Shown: piece after piece, positions 1 through 12,191 of the stretch
Layout: each line of letters opens with the position of its first letter
How positions within the stretch are numbered: position 1 is the stretch's first letter
NCBI RefSeq assembly: GCF_008831285.2
Contig: NC_045138.2
Span: forward strand, 32,364,001 to 32,428,000
Length of the DNA stretch: 64,000 bases
Direction of reading: 5' to 3'
Source of the DNA: Nymphaea colorata
Lineage: Eukaryota
The notes under the pieces: model-generated
The model's input: only the letters and a program-made list of their open reading frames with translations
The model's database searches: none
Told to the model about the DNA's origin: nothing
Made by a program: the position numbers and the translations under genes

Positions 1-460
1 AGCAAACCACAACACATTCATTGCAATATGATGAGGGGCTTGTAGCCATGGTGGCCTTGTTGATGAGGGGCTCAAATACTTTGGTTTAATGAATTCTAGG
101 ACCTCCTTAAAACCAAGCTTGGATCATTACATTTGTGTTATAGACATGCTGGGAAGAGCAGGCAGAGTAAGTGAAGCATGAATGATAAGGGAGATGCCAT
201 TTGTTGCAAATGTTGTAGTGTGGAGGAGCCTCCTTTCTTTATGTGTGGCTCATGGAGATCTGCATGTTGTAAATATTGCAGCTCAACAACTTCTGTCAGT
301 TGAGCGTGACAGTGCTGAGATCTATATAATGTTAGCAAATATTTATGAAAAAAATGGGAGATTTGAGGAATCAAGGGACATCCCAGGGAGTTGGTGGGCA
401 AAAGAGGATTGAAGGAGGAACCTGGTTGTGTCTGGATTAGAATGAGAAATCATATTCAAG
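1..460 (+). pseudogene. PLS/E-class pentatricopeptide repeat (PPR) pseudogene, 3' part (copy A; continues off the left edge)
   Basis: Reads [77 protein letters not shown], i.e. L2/S2/E1/E2 motifs with a stop and a frameshift. The E+ region is interrupted by a MITE at 461. Confidence 0.9.
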
Positions 461-622
461 CAGTGGCAGAGCTATGTTGTATATTATTTATATATAGAAA
501 CTTCAATAATTTTCAGTTTCTTTTTTCTTTCTTTTTTCTTTTTTTCTTTTTTTTTTACATATGAATGCCCTTTGAAATTTAAACTTTTCCCTTTAGCCAG
601 AAGTTTTCTGGCTCTGCCACTG
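461..622. mobile_element. hAT-type MITE
   Basis: TIRs CAGTGGCAGAGCTA / CTGGCTCTGCCACTG; ATTCAAG duplicated at 454-460 and 623-629. Confidence 0.85.
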
Positions 623-1200
623 ATTCAAGGTTTTGTAGTTTGAACAGGAGGGCAGGATCTGTTGCCAATGGCATGTAGAGAGAAGGAGAAAAAGGGCATA
701 ATGCGGCCGACTTGGGCCAGACATGGGTTGCGCATGCACATGTACACACACACACACACACAGAAGAACATCTGTTCCGGCACAAGATGAGCACCAAGGA
801 TGTGGTGCTGGATGGAGGGTGAAGCAGTGGTGCTGGAGCGAGTGAGCAGGTGTCCTAACTTGTGAAGGAGAGGAGGAAACTGCTTTAGGAATGAGGGGTC
901 TCAGCGAAGCAAGGGAAGGTGGTAAAGATGGATGGGAAATGAAGAGTGCAACGTTAAGCGCGTAGTCCGTAACCATCTGATTTGTTTAAATCAGTGACCA
1001 TCTTTAGTGTTGATGCTTTCTATACTTGTTTTCCACGTAGAGTGCACCCAGTTTTACCAATAGTTTTTCATTTCTTCAAAATCTTATTGGGGAAGTGATT
1101 AATGGAATTCTGAGAAACCAAGCCTTGGATCATTAACTATGGTGTAAGAGCAAACTTCTTTAAATCTTAACGGATCGCACCTTTCAATGCGCATTTAAAT

Positions 1201-1203
<3 letters not shown>

Positions 1204-1250
<47 letters not shown>
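1204..1250. repeat. (TA)n microsatellite
   Basis: Directly visible; absent from duplicate copy B. Confidence 0.95.
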
Positions 1251-1251
<1 letters not shown>

Positions 1252-1706
1252 GACCCATGCAAAGGTTCAAACATTATAAAAAACGTCACATAAAAAACAA
1301 TTAATTTTGTTAAGATAAAAAGTAGTACCTCCACATGTTGAAGATTGACATTTTTTCCCTTTACCCTTATCCTGCCCTGGAAGTTGCGTAAGAATGCTGA
1401 AAACACATTTAAAGATCACGTTGTGCTTTTCAGTATTATTATTATTATCCTACTATTATAATAATTCATATATTTCCAACGAGCTTAGGTAATCCAAACT
1501 CAACCATGTGAAAAGGATTCGTGAAGAGGACTACCGACGACGTGAAATAGTCTTTTATTAAACGTATCCCGTGAGGACTATCGATTAGAAAAAATAAAAA
1601 AGTTTATCCTATCAATTTTTTCTTCATGAAAATCATTTGAAATCACTATAAGTAAATTCACATGGTAGCATTAAAATATTGCGTGTACATGTTGGCCAGT
1701 TCCAAG

Positions 1707-1857
1707 CAGTGGCGGAACTAGGCCTAGCCATGTATTGGCAGTTGCCCACACTGACCCACTTAATTTATTTTATTTGCACATTAGTTCCCACATATAATTT
1801 AATTTATTTAATTTATTACATATTGGTGCTGCCCTTTATATTTTGGATATGCAAATC
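1707..1857. mobile_element. Degenerate hAT-type MITE (equivalent copy at about 34941)
   Basis: Left TIR CAGTGGCGGAACTAG; right end decayed, boundary approximate. Confidence 0.5.
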
Positions 1858-2293
1858 CTTTTCTATCATCAAAGATACATACAATCATGGAAGAATGGGA
1901 ACTCGAATTATAGTACTCGAGCTTAAGGAGCTCAACTCAATCCGCCATAAATGTCCACATCCGCTAATATCTCCAGATTTACCCCAATCTGGAAACTTCG
2001 TTAGGCAAAAACTAATCAGATTTATTTGGCAAGATGAATATTCCAACTAAAATCGCGATTTCTTTGAGCTTGAAAGTTCTTATGAACGAAATATATGCTT
2101 TCTTAAAAATGCACTAAACCTTTTGAATGGTTAAGAGAAACATACCCGTGTTTGAAGCTTTCAAATTTGGGAATTAGAAATTGAAGTGTATATACGTCAC
2201 AATAAAGTAAGGGAAGCAGGTAATATGTTGGACCATATTGAAGATTTTGAAATTTGAGCACGTTTTAAGTGGTGTGAGAAAAGATACATTTTT

Positions 2294-3110
2294 TAATCAA
2301 CTTGCTAACCGTTGTTCCTTTTGCCTTTGTGTTGTGGAGACTAATGCTCATGGCTTAATCAATTGTAAAATAGCTAAGGAAGTTTGGAGGTATGTTGCTG
2401 CAAAGTTTGGTAGAGGAAGTATCCCCAAAGAGAGATTGCAGCTGAGTTCAAGAGATGACTACAAGCTAAGATTTCGGGGAAGTGGAGGCGTCGGTGTTGA
2501 AAGATGGCCTTCTTAATTGTTTTTTGGAATATGTGGTGCCTCAGAAACGGGTGCTTCCATGACAAACTTCAACCCCATATTAGTAGGTTTAAAAGAGAAG
2601 CTTGGAGGAACTGCATGGATGGCTTTACCTCTGTCAAATGACCTCTTGAAATAGAAATCAAACTGAGAATTTGGATGGAAACTGAACTGTATAATGTTGA
2701 TATCATGGGCTCGAATAGAAATGAAATGTTAATTAACATTGTTAGAACTCAAACCAGATATGGACCGAAAATAGCTTGTTTAAGCTATGTGGATAATGGG
2801 CAAATGGGATGTGTGGTAATTATCAAGGGTTGTGGAAGGATTCACGAAGGAGAAATGGAAGCATTGGAGCGCATTCTCAGATTCCTTATGAAATATAGTA
2901 GTGACTATGTAATCATTTAATAATGCTAGCAATTATGTACACATTTGAAACGTACATATATATTCTTTTCTTGTTGAACAATGAAATCAACATGGATACG
3001 TTTCAACCTCCTTACAAAGAGGCAAATCAGGATGTTCTTAGTCCCATACAGGCTACATGATTGGCAAATAAATCATTTGAAATTTCATTTGTTAAAAAGG
3101 CTAACAATCA
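2294..3110 (+). mobile_element. 5'-truncated LINE (L1-type) remnant: zf-RVT and RNase H-like region
   Basis: CSFCLCVVETNAHGLINCKIAKEVW (CxxC..E..H..C..W zf-RVT pattern), then FWNMWCLRN and EGEMEAL; stops and frameshifts present. Confidence 0.7.
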
Positions 3111-3149
3111 TATGAATATATTTTTTGTCTCATTCATATATCTGAAAAC

Positions 3150-6100
3150 ATTTAACTACCTTAAAACAAGGCTAACCTGGACTTTTTTAAAATATATACT
3201 GACAAGCTAAATTAGAAGTTTGTATTAAGTTCAGCATACAAACTAATATACATTGAAAAACGCATGGTATGTTTTTCTTTTATTGTTTCCCATAATTACT
3301 TAACTCCTTTAACAACAAGAATTTCAAAGCATTTATTTTAAAATTCATGCAATACATAATCATATGACAAAACACGTATTTTGTTGATTAGCAAGGCCTA
3401 ATCATTATTATGACTATTTAAAAGAATGAATAAGTAACCCATAGTCTATCATACAAGTATTTTTCATCTTGTACAATTTTCATCAATATACCATGTCATA
3501 GAAAGAATTTCATTTAACTTATCATTCATATAATCATTTTCATGGTCAAATATTTAAATCATAACAAGCAAATAAATTGCTTACTGTCATGTTAGATTTG
3601 TCAAGCATTTCATGAAGCTCAACACATAGTTCTACTACTAAATGCATAGATCGCTACAAGATGATCATTGAGATCACTAATAAGCTTCAGTAGATTCATT
3701 ACCAAACTGATTCTTAGTTGGTTCATTATCTGACTGCTTATTACCATATTCAATCGATCAAAGTGATCATCAAAGGAGTCATTATATTTGTACTATTGGA
3801 ATAATTTCATCTCATGTAACAAGAAAAAAAAATCATATACCTTACTTTTATTTGGGTATACAATACATACGTATTTGTAAGCATATCATTTCATTTTTAG
3901 ATATGCATTTAACATGCATTATAGATCTCCAAAGATCTCAATATGGATATAGTTAGTGTGGATCTCATTATATTCATGAGTATTATTTTACTGACAAATA
4001 TTAAAATCAAATTCATTCCCAAATAGGAACTTGCTTAATAACATGCTAGCATAGTTTAATCCATAAATGAACAAATAACATAATGTGTTTGGATCTAATA
4101 TAAACAGAATATAGATGTTTAACCATATATCCAAATATTTATATATTCAAATCTAAATCAAAGTTGTATGTAAGGTGGATCTTAAGCAATAGATAGATCC
4201 AATTCCAAAAGTTACATGAATATAAAGATTCAAATTATATTAGCATAGATCCAAACTGATAATATCTACAATACAACTAATATGAATTTAAAACACATGA
4301 TCCTCATTGAAATATTATACAATATGATTTAACAATCATATTTGCATTAATGTTAACCCATATCTCTTTTGAGAAAATCAAGTTATCATGTACTAGCACT
4401 TTAGTGTTACAATGCTTCAAATAAAATTTATTCTTGCCAATATGATTTTAGTTCAAGAGTGTTATATCATAACTCTTGAACATGCATTAAAACAAATTCA
4501 TTTTTCTAAGAAAGAGAAACAAATAAAGTTTTATTCAATAGTTCTCTAGAATGATCTTTGGATCTAGCATGACAACAAATATTACAATATGATCAGATCC
4601 AAAAGTAAACATGATAACATTTACAAAGCAAATAGGATATGAACTTTTTTTTTCTTTTCACATATTCAAACAAATCAGTTTAGATCTAAAGCTAAGCTTT
4701 ATGTAATGTGGATTTTATCAGTTCAAATATAGAAATTCAGATCACATCAACATATATCCAACCATAACAATAGGAAAAGATAACAAATATCTCGTCTCAA
4801 AAGACAATATAGTTCTCTTAAGTCAACACCAAAGATTTTTTCTTTACTTACTTTTAATGTGACGGAAATCTAAATTCATACTCATAGTCATCTCTAATGA
4901 GAGCAAATAAAGTTTCATGTACCAGAACTTTTAGTACAACACATCTTCAAATAAAATATTTCATTAATATGACTTTCATCATATTTAAGAGTGTTACTTT
5001 ACAACTGCAAGCAAAATGCAAATATGATGATATGTTGGATTCAATGTTAGTATAAATATCTGGAGCCAATGATCCAAACAAATTAATATGATTCAAAATC
5101 TATCATGAATCAAGCACAATGGTATATGGATCTCACCATGTCTAAGAGTGTTGATTTACACTTCTTAGCATACCAACATATAGTAACATAATCATCCCTT
5201 TTAACTGGGATAAAAATATTGAAATATAAGCTTTGTTCAGAGAATATCTTTCTTAAAAGATAGAAGAAATTCATCTGTTAGCACTCTAGTGCTACTCACA
5301 TTGAAAAATGTACAACTCTTAAAACCATTAGATCTAAAAATGAGTGCACATTATAATATGTTTAGATTTAATATAAATAAGATATAGATATTGAACAAGT
5401 AAAATCAGATCATGCTCTAAAAGAGTGCAGCTTTTAGTGTGAGATCCAAATTCAACAACTAAATGGATATATAAAATAAAGTTTTGATCATATCTAATTT
5501 CAGCATGGACCAAAAATAGCCATAAATATCCATAAAGTAAGTATAATAACATATATTTGAACCAACATAAACATGATATTGATTTTTAACCAATACCCTA
5601 ACCAATTGAGATCTGAATAGGTCATGATCTCAACTAAATATAAATATGGATCTAAGTAATGATTCGATCCAAAGCAAAAATTCGGATGATTATTTAGATT
5701 CAGATCATGCCAATGTGGATCCATCAAATCCAATATGAATGTGTTTCAACATAATATCCATATCCAAATAAAATTTAGTTAGTGTCAGAAACACATGATT
5801 TATATCATCATTGGGTCATGCACACACTAAATAATAACATTGCATAAACATACTTAGTTAACCATTTAGTCTTTTCGTCTTGCCCAGTTCCCTCCCACTC
5901 TTGAAATCACTCTAAATTAATTCATGACAAGTAGGGAACAATAAAGGAAGAGCAACATAAAATATATCGTATCAAGAGATCTTCAATAATATTCTAAAGC
6001 ATGCACAAAATCTCAAATTTAAACTTAAACTTAGAACCTAAATTTCCCTTTGCTTTTCAAATATACTTTTAGAACCCTTTTTCAGAAATTTAATAAGCCT

Positions 6101-6210
6101 AAGGGTACCTGTACTTAATTGTACATAAAACCTTGGTTTACCGTAGAAATTGCAAAAGTTTTCCTGGAAGCTTTTTTCAGAAATTTATAATAAATTTGAG
6201 GGCATTACCA
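3150..6210. repeat. AT-rich, strand-asymmetric non-coding block, probably a decayed LTR/TE sequence
   Basis: No credible ORF; recurring GATC/AGATCC/GGATCT motifs; ends near gagggcattac, which resembles a gypsy LTR terminus. Boundaries uncertain. Confidence 0.3.
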
Positions 6211-6475
6211 CGCAATTTCGTATAAAGTTCTCGGTTTTAGCTGAAATTAACTTTCGCAAGCCTTTTTTTGAAAACGTTTTCAGCAAAAGTGTTGCGTCTT
6301 TAATTTGAAATAAATTAGACAGCCTTTTTGAAATCAGATGAAAAGTATGGACTGTTCTCATAATTTCTGGTTTTTGGGTATAAATTCAGTCCGACCCGTT
6401 TCTCTTTCTCATGCTATCCTCACGATTTCTCTCTCTTCTCTAGAACTTTGTCCCCTAGGGTTTCAACCGTCGTTT

Positions 6476-6881
6476 TAAACCTGAACAACTGGCCGGGCCA
6501 CCGTCGGGTACCCGGTACCCGGCCCGTTACGGACCTGGGCTCGGGCCTTGAAATAATGGTTTTCGAGCTGAGGTTAACGGGCTCAGTCCAGCCCAGTAAT
6601 TAACGGGTCGGGTTCGGGCCTGCCGTTGTGGCCCGAGAAGCCCGACATCATTTTTTTTTTGAAGGTAGCCGAGCGATGCGCATTGCTCGAGGTCTGCCAG
6701 AACATGACCATTCCCTTATATCTCTTCACTCCTGTCATCTGAGGGACCGAGCCTTAAGTTGAAACCCAAGACCCAATATTAGGTGGGCACGGCTAGACCC
6801 GTTTCTAAACGAGCCGGGCCTCGAGCTGATAATGTCGGGCCTCTTTTTTACATTTTTAACGCTGCCCGATGCCCAGCCTTC
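6476..6881. mobile_element. hAT-type non-autonomous element
   Basis: Imperfect TIRs TAAACCTGAACAACTGGC / GCCCGATGCCCAGCCTTC; many GGCCCG/CGGGC subterminal motifs; degenerate 8-bp TSD CGTCGTTT / CCTCGTTC. Confidence 0.6.
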
Positions 6882-7607
6882 CCTCGTTCTTCCTCTTCGC
6901 TCAAACGGCGTCCGACCCTCGTTCTTCCTCTTCGCTCGTGCCTTTGCTGCCAGCGTGTGGAAGATGACGTGCGGTTACAAGATGATCCCACCTCTCTCTC
7001 CCGCGCGCGCTCTTTCTCCCCCATATCATTCTTTCTGGTTTTGCAAGAAAGCATCCATCCGATCGCATGATGACGAGAAGTAACCCGTAGAAGGAAAGGC
7101 CAAGGAAACCCCGACGGCGAATACCATTGGGAGAGTACACCCACAGTAATGATCGAGAGTCGAATCAGCCGAAGGGCTTGGCAGAGAAGGCTTAGATGAA
7201 GCATTTGAGGCTGCGGGTGGTACGCATGAAGCGTCAATCGCCCCTCCAGATGATTCCCTCCATATATTTATCAACTAACGTTTCTCTTTATCTGTTGTAA
7301 GCTTGTAGCCAATTGAAGTAATTTGACACAATCTGTTATCGATTAATTTCAGAATAACTTGTTTAGTGTTGGAATGGTCTGCTGCGATGGTGATGTTCGT
7401 CTAAATGAGAAATCAACCATATGACAGTGGAGGTATGTAACTGTTTTCTGCGCTTTTTCTCACCTTGGGTTGCAGACCAGAAAGTTTTCATCTTCAATAA
7501 TCAAGTACCAAAGATTGGGCACTTGAGATTTTAATTTTATTTTGCTTCTTTAATGGTGTCGAACATTCTGGAGGGTGCCGTGTTCGTCTTGACCTCCAGA
7601 AATTAGT

Positions 7608-7670
7608 TCAGTATTCACTATTTCCTGGTCAGTATTCACTATTTCCTGGTCAGTATTCACTATTTCTTGG
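7608..7670. repeat. 21-bp tandem repeat, 3 copies (TCAGTATTCACTATTTCCTGG)
   Basis: Directly visible, no spacers. Confidence 0.9.
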
Positions 7671-8198
7671 CCATCGTGAATGAGAAGATGAAGGGCCGAA
7701 AAATTGAAGAATGTGAAATTTATGCTCCCAAAACGTTCAAGTATAAGGGAAAGGTGGTGAACTTTAGATTGAGAAGGATTCCACCTAACCTGAAGAAAGC
7801 TGCCATTATCGTCAACAAAGAGATGGGGTCAACAATGCCTTCAGAAGGCTGATAAACCATACATTAACATACTTACATTATTTGGGAACTTATAAAACTG
7901 AATTACAAGAACTCACCTCAAGCTTATTTAGTGAGCTATCACTCAAGTACCCAACGTCCTTACACTTAAACTCTCACACTCCATCTCAGGAAGTGCGCAC
8001 ACTAACTCACTAAACTCTGCTCAGAACACTCACCATGTGCAAGACACAAAGGCCAGCACAGTCGATATACATACATTTATTATTTTTTTACCCTTAATCC
8101 TTACATTTAAGCACCGTCTTTCTCACAGCTTCTTGAGTGTTGTCGACTCTTTCAAGAGAGTCAGCGAGGTGATGACTATTTACAGTGTTTGCGATCTC

Positions 8199-8579
8199 CT
8201 AGTTTTCCAACAGTGCCATGCGCCCCTCTGCTCTCAGCTGCTCGTAGAACCTGGCGATAAACTCCTCCGCCTTCTCGTCCACCTGCACCCCGTCGTTCTC
8301 GTCATCCTCCGACGGGTAGTTGCTCGACATTACGACCGTCTCGCCGTTGTCGATGAGATCGATTGCATCCAGGGAATTGGAGCACTCGGGCGAGGGGTGG
8401 ACTGATGGCCTGATGGTGGCGATGGGCTCCGCAGGGTCCCGTGGGTTGATACAGGGGAGGTGCCTGAGTTTCTTCTTCACGGCTTTTAAAATAGGTTTGG
8501 TGGGACTTCTTCTTACGCCCTTCCTCATTCTTCCGAAGGCAAGAACCACGAGACTGTAGAGGCGCTTCGTCCCCTTCAT
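8199..8579 (-). CDS. DUF761 / cotton-fibre-expressed-like protein, 126 aa, intronless
   Basis: C-terminal VDEKAEEFIARFYEQLR is the DUF761 signature. ATG at 8579 (MKGTKRLYSLVVLAF) is preferred over the longer 8780 start because the upstream part overlaps duplicated non-coding DNA. Confidence 0.8.
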   Translation of the reverse strand: MKGTKRLYSLVVLAFGRMRKGVRRSPTKPILKAVKKKLRHLPCINPRDPAEPIATIRPSVHPSPECSNSLDAIDLIDNGETVVMSSNYPSEDDENDGVQVDEKAEEFIARFYEQLRAEGRMALLEN

Positions 8580-8669
8580 CCTTTGATTTCCCAGTCTGTT
8601 TCTGCAGGATGGTGGCGTGAGGAATGCGAAGCAGAAGACGTATTTGTAGGAGAGATTTGGGCCGGGATG

Positions 8670-10019
8670 ATTTAAACGGAGAACTAAGCATTTTAAGGTA
8701 CGATTACAATTCTTGTTTTGGTTTTTTGCTGAACAAAAGTTGACTAATTCATCCTGCCTTTTTCCTTTTTTAACGACCATTATTTTTCATCTGTGTGACA
8801 GGCTGACAGCACAAATGAAGTCCTGCATCCATTTTGAACCAACAGACCTTCGAGTCAGGATTTGAAGAAGAAACGAAGATTTCAGTGGTCGAGGTCCATC
8901 TGTTTCCACAATCCGGTAATAAAAGATCCGGTTGAAACTGCCACCATAGCCATGAAGTCATTGAACAGACTGAAGAAAGAAACTTCAGACTCCAAACAGC
9001 GAAAGAGATTTGCAAAAGGAAGATCATGGCATACCCTTGCATGAATGAACTCCTCAACCCGGCCGTTCGGGAAATGGCCGAGCAGCCTTGGCCCCTGCCC
9101 ATGCCGAAGTATGGGCTCGAAGGTTCCGATCTCGTCCACACGATCGAAGAAGACATCGACCCGGTGGTCGTAAATTCGAACCAGTACCTCTCTGTGCACC
9201 ACCTCTAAAGACACTGGAACACCTCGTTGGTCATGGAACCCTTGAGCTGAACCACCTGCAGCGTCTTATCCCCCAAGCACATGTTCCCACTGAGATGCCA
9301 ACGTGTGCAGTATCTGGTGCACTTCCTTGGGAAGGCGGACCACTGAGATGTCTCTCTTTCTTTCTCAATGGCACCATACTCACGACAAAAATTTACTCAA
9401 GAGAACTTTCCAACAAACTTGTAAAAAGGACAAGATTTTTCGACAAATCTGAAAAGATTTTGAGTGCTTGTTTATAAGCTTTGAAGATCGATATTCTGCA
9501 GCTAGTAGGAAGGCGACTTGATCTTTTAGAGACAGCCTGTTTATAGCAACTCTCTAGCCAAAATCGGCATCAATTCCACCTCTAATTTTGTTAACGGAGA
9601 AAATATCTCCACCTTCCTTCAATAAACGGATCTCGTCGCGAGGGAACGACAGAAATCGTGGTTTTTCTGAAACAGGAAGAATTTTCCCGATTTCTTATAC
9701 AACGAAGAAGAAGATGGCAGATCCAAAGGGGCAGTGGGACTCCGAAGTAAAGCGAAGGTCGAGATCGTTTTCATTCTTTTTATTTGGGCGAACCATTACC
9801 GCTAATGGTTGTTTCTACGTCAGCCAACTTCCACTTGGCAACTTTCTATTGGCTGTTCAGAAGTTTTCCGACGTATTGGACAACGCTTTTTCTTCGTTCC
9901 TGCAGGGAGGAAGCTTCTCGTTGGAATACTCTTTTGCTTTCTCAACCAGTTTAGAACTGTTATCTGACCAGCATATTCAACACATATAGGGATCAGGCTA
10001 TTTACTTTTAGCATAACTA
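8670..10019 (-). repeat. Inverted duplication, left arm
   Basis: Reverse complement of 11000-13410 with several indels; identity is high over 8807-10019 and patchy over 8670-8806. Confidence 0.93.
9035..9377 (-). pseudogene. Choline/ethanolamine kinase exon-1 fragment (left copy)
   Basis: [65 protein letters not shown] followed by a GTATG donor; stop and frameshifts; no downstream exons recognised. Confidence 0.88.
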
Positions 10020-10414
10020 GAAACCAGATTACCGCTGTATGAGAAACCAGAAATGGCTGGACGACGAACGACAACAGTCCGGAAAACCAGATTACCGCTG
10101 CTGCTGCAGTAGTAGCGGCAGAGGTAGCAGGACGAAAGGGGTGTGGCTGCCAAGTCTTGAAAAGGCCCTAGTACTTTTTATAAGTCAAGAGGTATTGTTC
10201 ATATTTTACTCATTTTAAATTACGTTATTCGAAAATTGCATGTAAATTCTAAATTTTCCAAAAATCGGCACCTTTCCTCCTTTTGAATTGGCTGTGCCCA
10301 ATCATGTCTGATTGGCATGTAGAAGGTAATTAGGATCACCTCATATTGCAAAAGGTTGATCAGATGAATACCCATTAATTCAAGGTAAATACTTCATAAG
10401 ACACTATAATAAAG

Positions 10415-10500
<86 letters not shown>
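10415..10500. repeat. (TA)n microsatellite in the spacer of the inverted repeat
   Basis: Directly visible. Confidence 0.95.
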
Positions 10501-10502
<2 letters not shown>

Positions 10503-10607
10503 CATTAGTACCTGATTTTAGTGACACACACACACACGTCCCTCTTAAGCGCTTCCTGATAAGGAAGCAGCGCTTTTCAGTCGTCACCTAGCCATGTAAT
10601 CAATATA

Positions 10608-10905
10608 ATGGTCCACCGAGTCCTGCATCATTCAGTTCATCTCCTTGCCTTCACACAAATTTCCTCTCAGCCCATAATTGGCATAAGGGTACTCCTGGAG
10701 CAAGCCATGACCGGCTTCTGCTTATTGCTTGCTGCAACGAAGAAGCCAGAGATCCGAATTCATGGCGGACGGCGGCAGGTGACCGCGAAGGAGAAGATCA
10801 CAGGGCAATGGAGACGGCTCTCAAGCTGTATAATGCCATGAAAGATCGAAATCTGCGAGAATTAGCAGACGTCCTGGCCGACGAGTGCAGATGTATCTGC
10901 CTAAA
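10608..10905 (+). pseudogene. 5' fragment of a plant NTF2/SnoaL-like family gene (frameshifted, truncated)
   Basis: RAMETALKLYNAMKDRNLRELADVLADECRCIC resembles the N-terminal helices of plant NTF2-like proteins; the upstream part is in another frame. Assignment from memory of the family. Confidence 0.55.
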
Positions 10906-11164
10906 CCGCCCCGTCATTCAGATGGACGGTGACGTAGACATGTCACTTGCATTTGTATGTATTACATTAACAGAAATAACACTTTCATAAAATTGATCAT
11001 AGTTATGCCAAAAGTAAATAGCCTGATCCCTATATGTGTTGAATATGCTGGTCAGATAACAGTTCTAAACTGGTTGAGAAAGCAAAAGAGTATTCCAACG
11101 AGAAGCTTCCTCCCTGCAGGAACGAAGAAAAAGCGTTGTCCAATACGTCGGAAAACTTCTCAAC

Positions 11165-11437
11165 AGCCAATAGAAAGTTGCCAAGTGGAAGTTGGCTGAC
11201 GTAGAAACAACCATTAGCGGTAATGGTTCGCCCAAATGAAAAGAATGAAAACGATCTCGACCTTCGCTTTACTTCGGAATCCCACTCCCCCTTTGGATCT
11301 GCCATCTTCTTCTTCGTTGTATAAGAAATCGGGAAAATTCTTCCTGTTTCAGAAATTCTTCCTGGAGATATTTTCTCCGTTAACAAAATTAGAGGTGGAA
11401 TTGATGGCGATTTTGGCTAGAGAGTTGCTATAAACAG
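11165..11437 (+). promoter_or_regulatory. Putative choline-kinase core promoter (mirrored on the - strand at about 9538-9855)
   Basis: CCAAT (agccaatag), TGACG and CTATAAA (11428) upstream of a pyrimidine-rich leader and the ATG at 12192. Confidence 0.4.
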
Positions 11438-12191
11438 GGAGTTCGTGAAGTTCGTCGGGAGGGGTTCCAGCAGTGGTCATCTTTTTCCTTTTTTCCCTCT
11501 TTGAACTTGGGTTGTGCTTTCTTTGTTTCCAGGCCTTCTCTTTTTCCTCCATTTCTGTGGGGTTTTATTTCTCGAGAGATCTAGTTACAATTTTTAGAGA
11601 TTACCGGTGCTTCAATTCAATTGGCGTTTACTGTTTTTCTGTTTTCCGTTTTTAATTTATCTAGAGACATCACTTAAAAGTGAGAGTTTGTGTTCGTTTG
11701 GATTTTCTGTTTTCCTGAATGTTGGGGTTTTTCTAGTTCGTTACGTTTGGCTTTCGTTTTCTTCTGATTTTGTGGGAGTTCGTGGGTTTCACCTCGAATT
11801 GGTGGGAACGCAATTTGTTCTAAATTTTAAGCCTTTTTTAACTACGACCATTTCTCGTCCCTCGGCAACAATTGTTATCCAAGAATTCTCAGCACTGGAT
11901 TTTTTTTTCTGCCTTTGTTATTGTCTTTCTCGAGTGGACACTGTACATTTCTTGTGATATTAGCATTCTTGCCAACTGGGAATTCTCATCTACCTTTATC
12001 TTTCTCTTGTCCAAGTAACCAACCAAAAGATGCTGTCTCTCTAAAAGATCAAGTCGCCTTCCTACTAGCTACAGAATTTGATCTTCAAAGCTTATAAACA
12101 AGCACTCAAAATCTTTTCAGATTTGTCGAAAAATCTTGTCCTTTTTATAAGTTTGTTGGAAAGTTCTCTTGAGTAAATTTTTGTCGTCAGT

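Larger units (their letters stand above)
1..2293 (+). repeat. Segmental direct duplication, copy A (partner 33230-35522)
   Basis: Collinear similarity through the PPR end, MITE, (CA)n tract and downstream DNA, ending at gtgagaaaagatacatttttt. Confidence 0.95.

Noticed and set aside
7608..7670. 21-bp repeats as a CRISPR array
   Set aside because: Head-to-tail with no spacers, eukaryotic context and no cas genes.
8580..8780. N-terminal extension of DUF761 to 193 aa
   Set aside because: Overlaps DNA homologous to kinase intron sequence in the right arm; not protein-like.
8807..10019. Left arm as a spliced retrocopy of the right arm
   Set aside because: The missing blocks lack GT-AG ends, and the promoter and intron-1 start are retained.
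9588..11386. Paired 133-aa and 118-aa ORFs (MLTEKISP..) as a duplicated novel gene
   Set aside because: Non-ATG starts, lying antisense over the kinase promoter; being open in both arms simply follows from arm identity.
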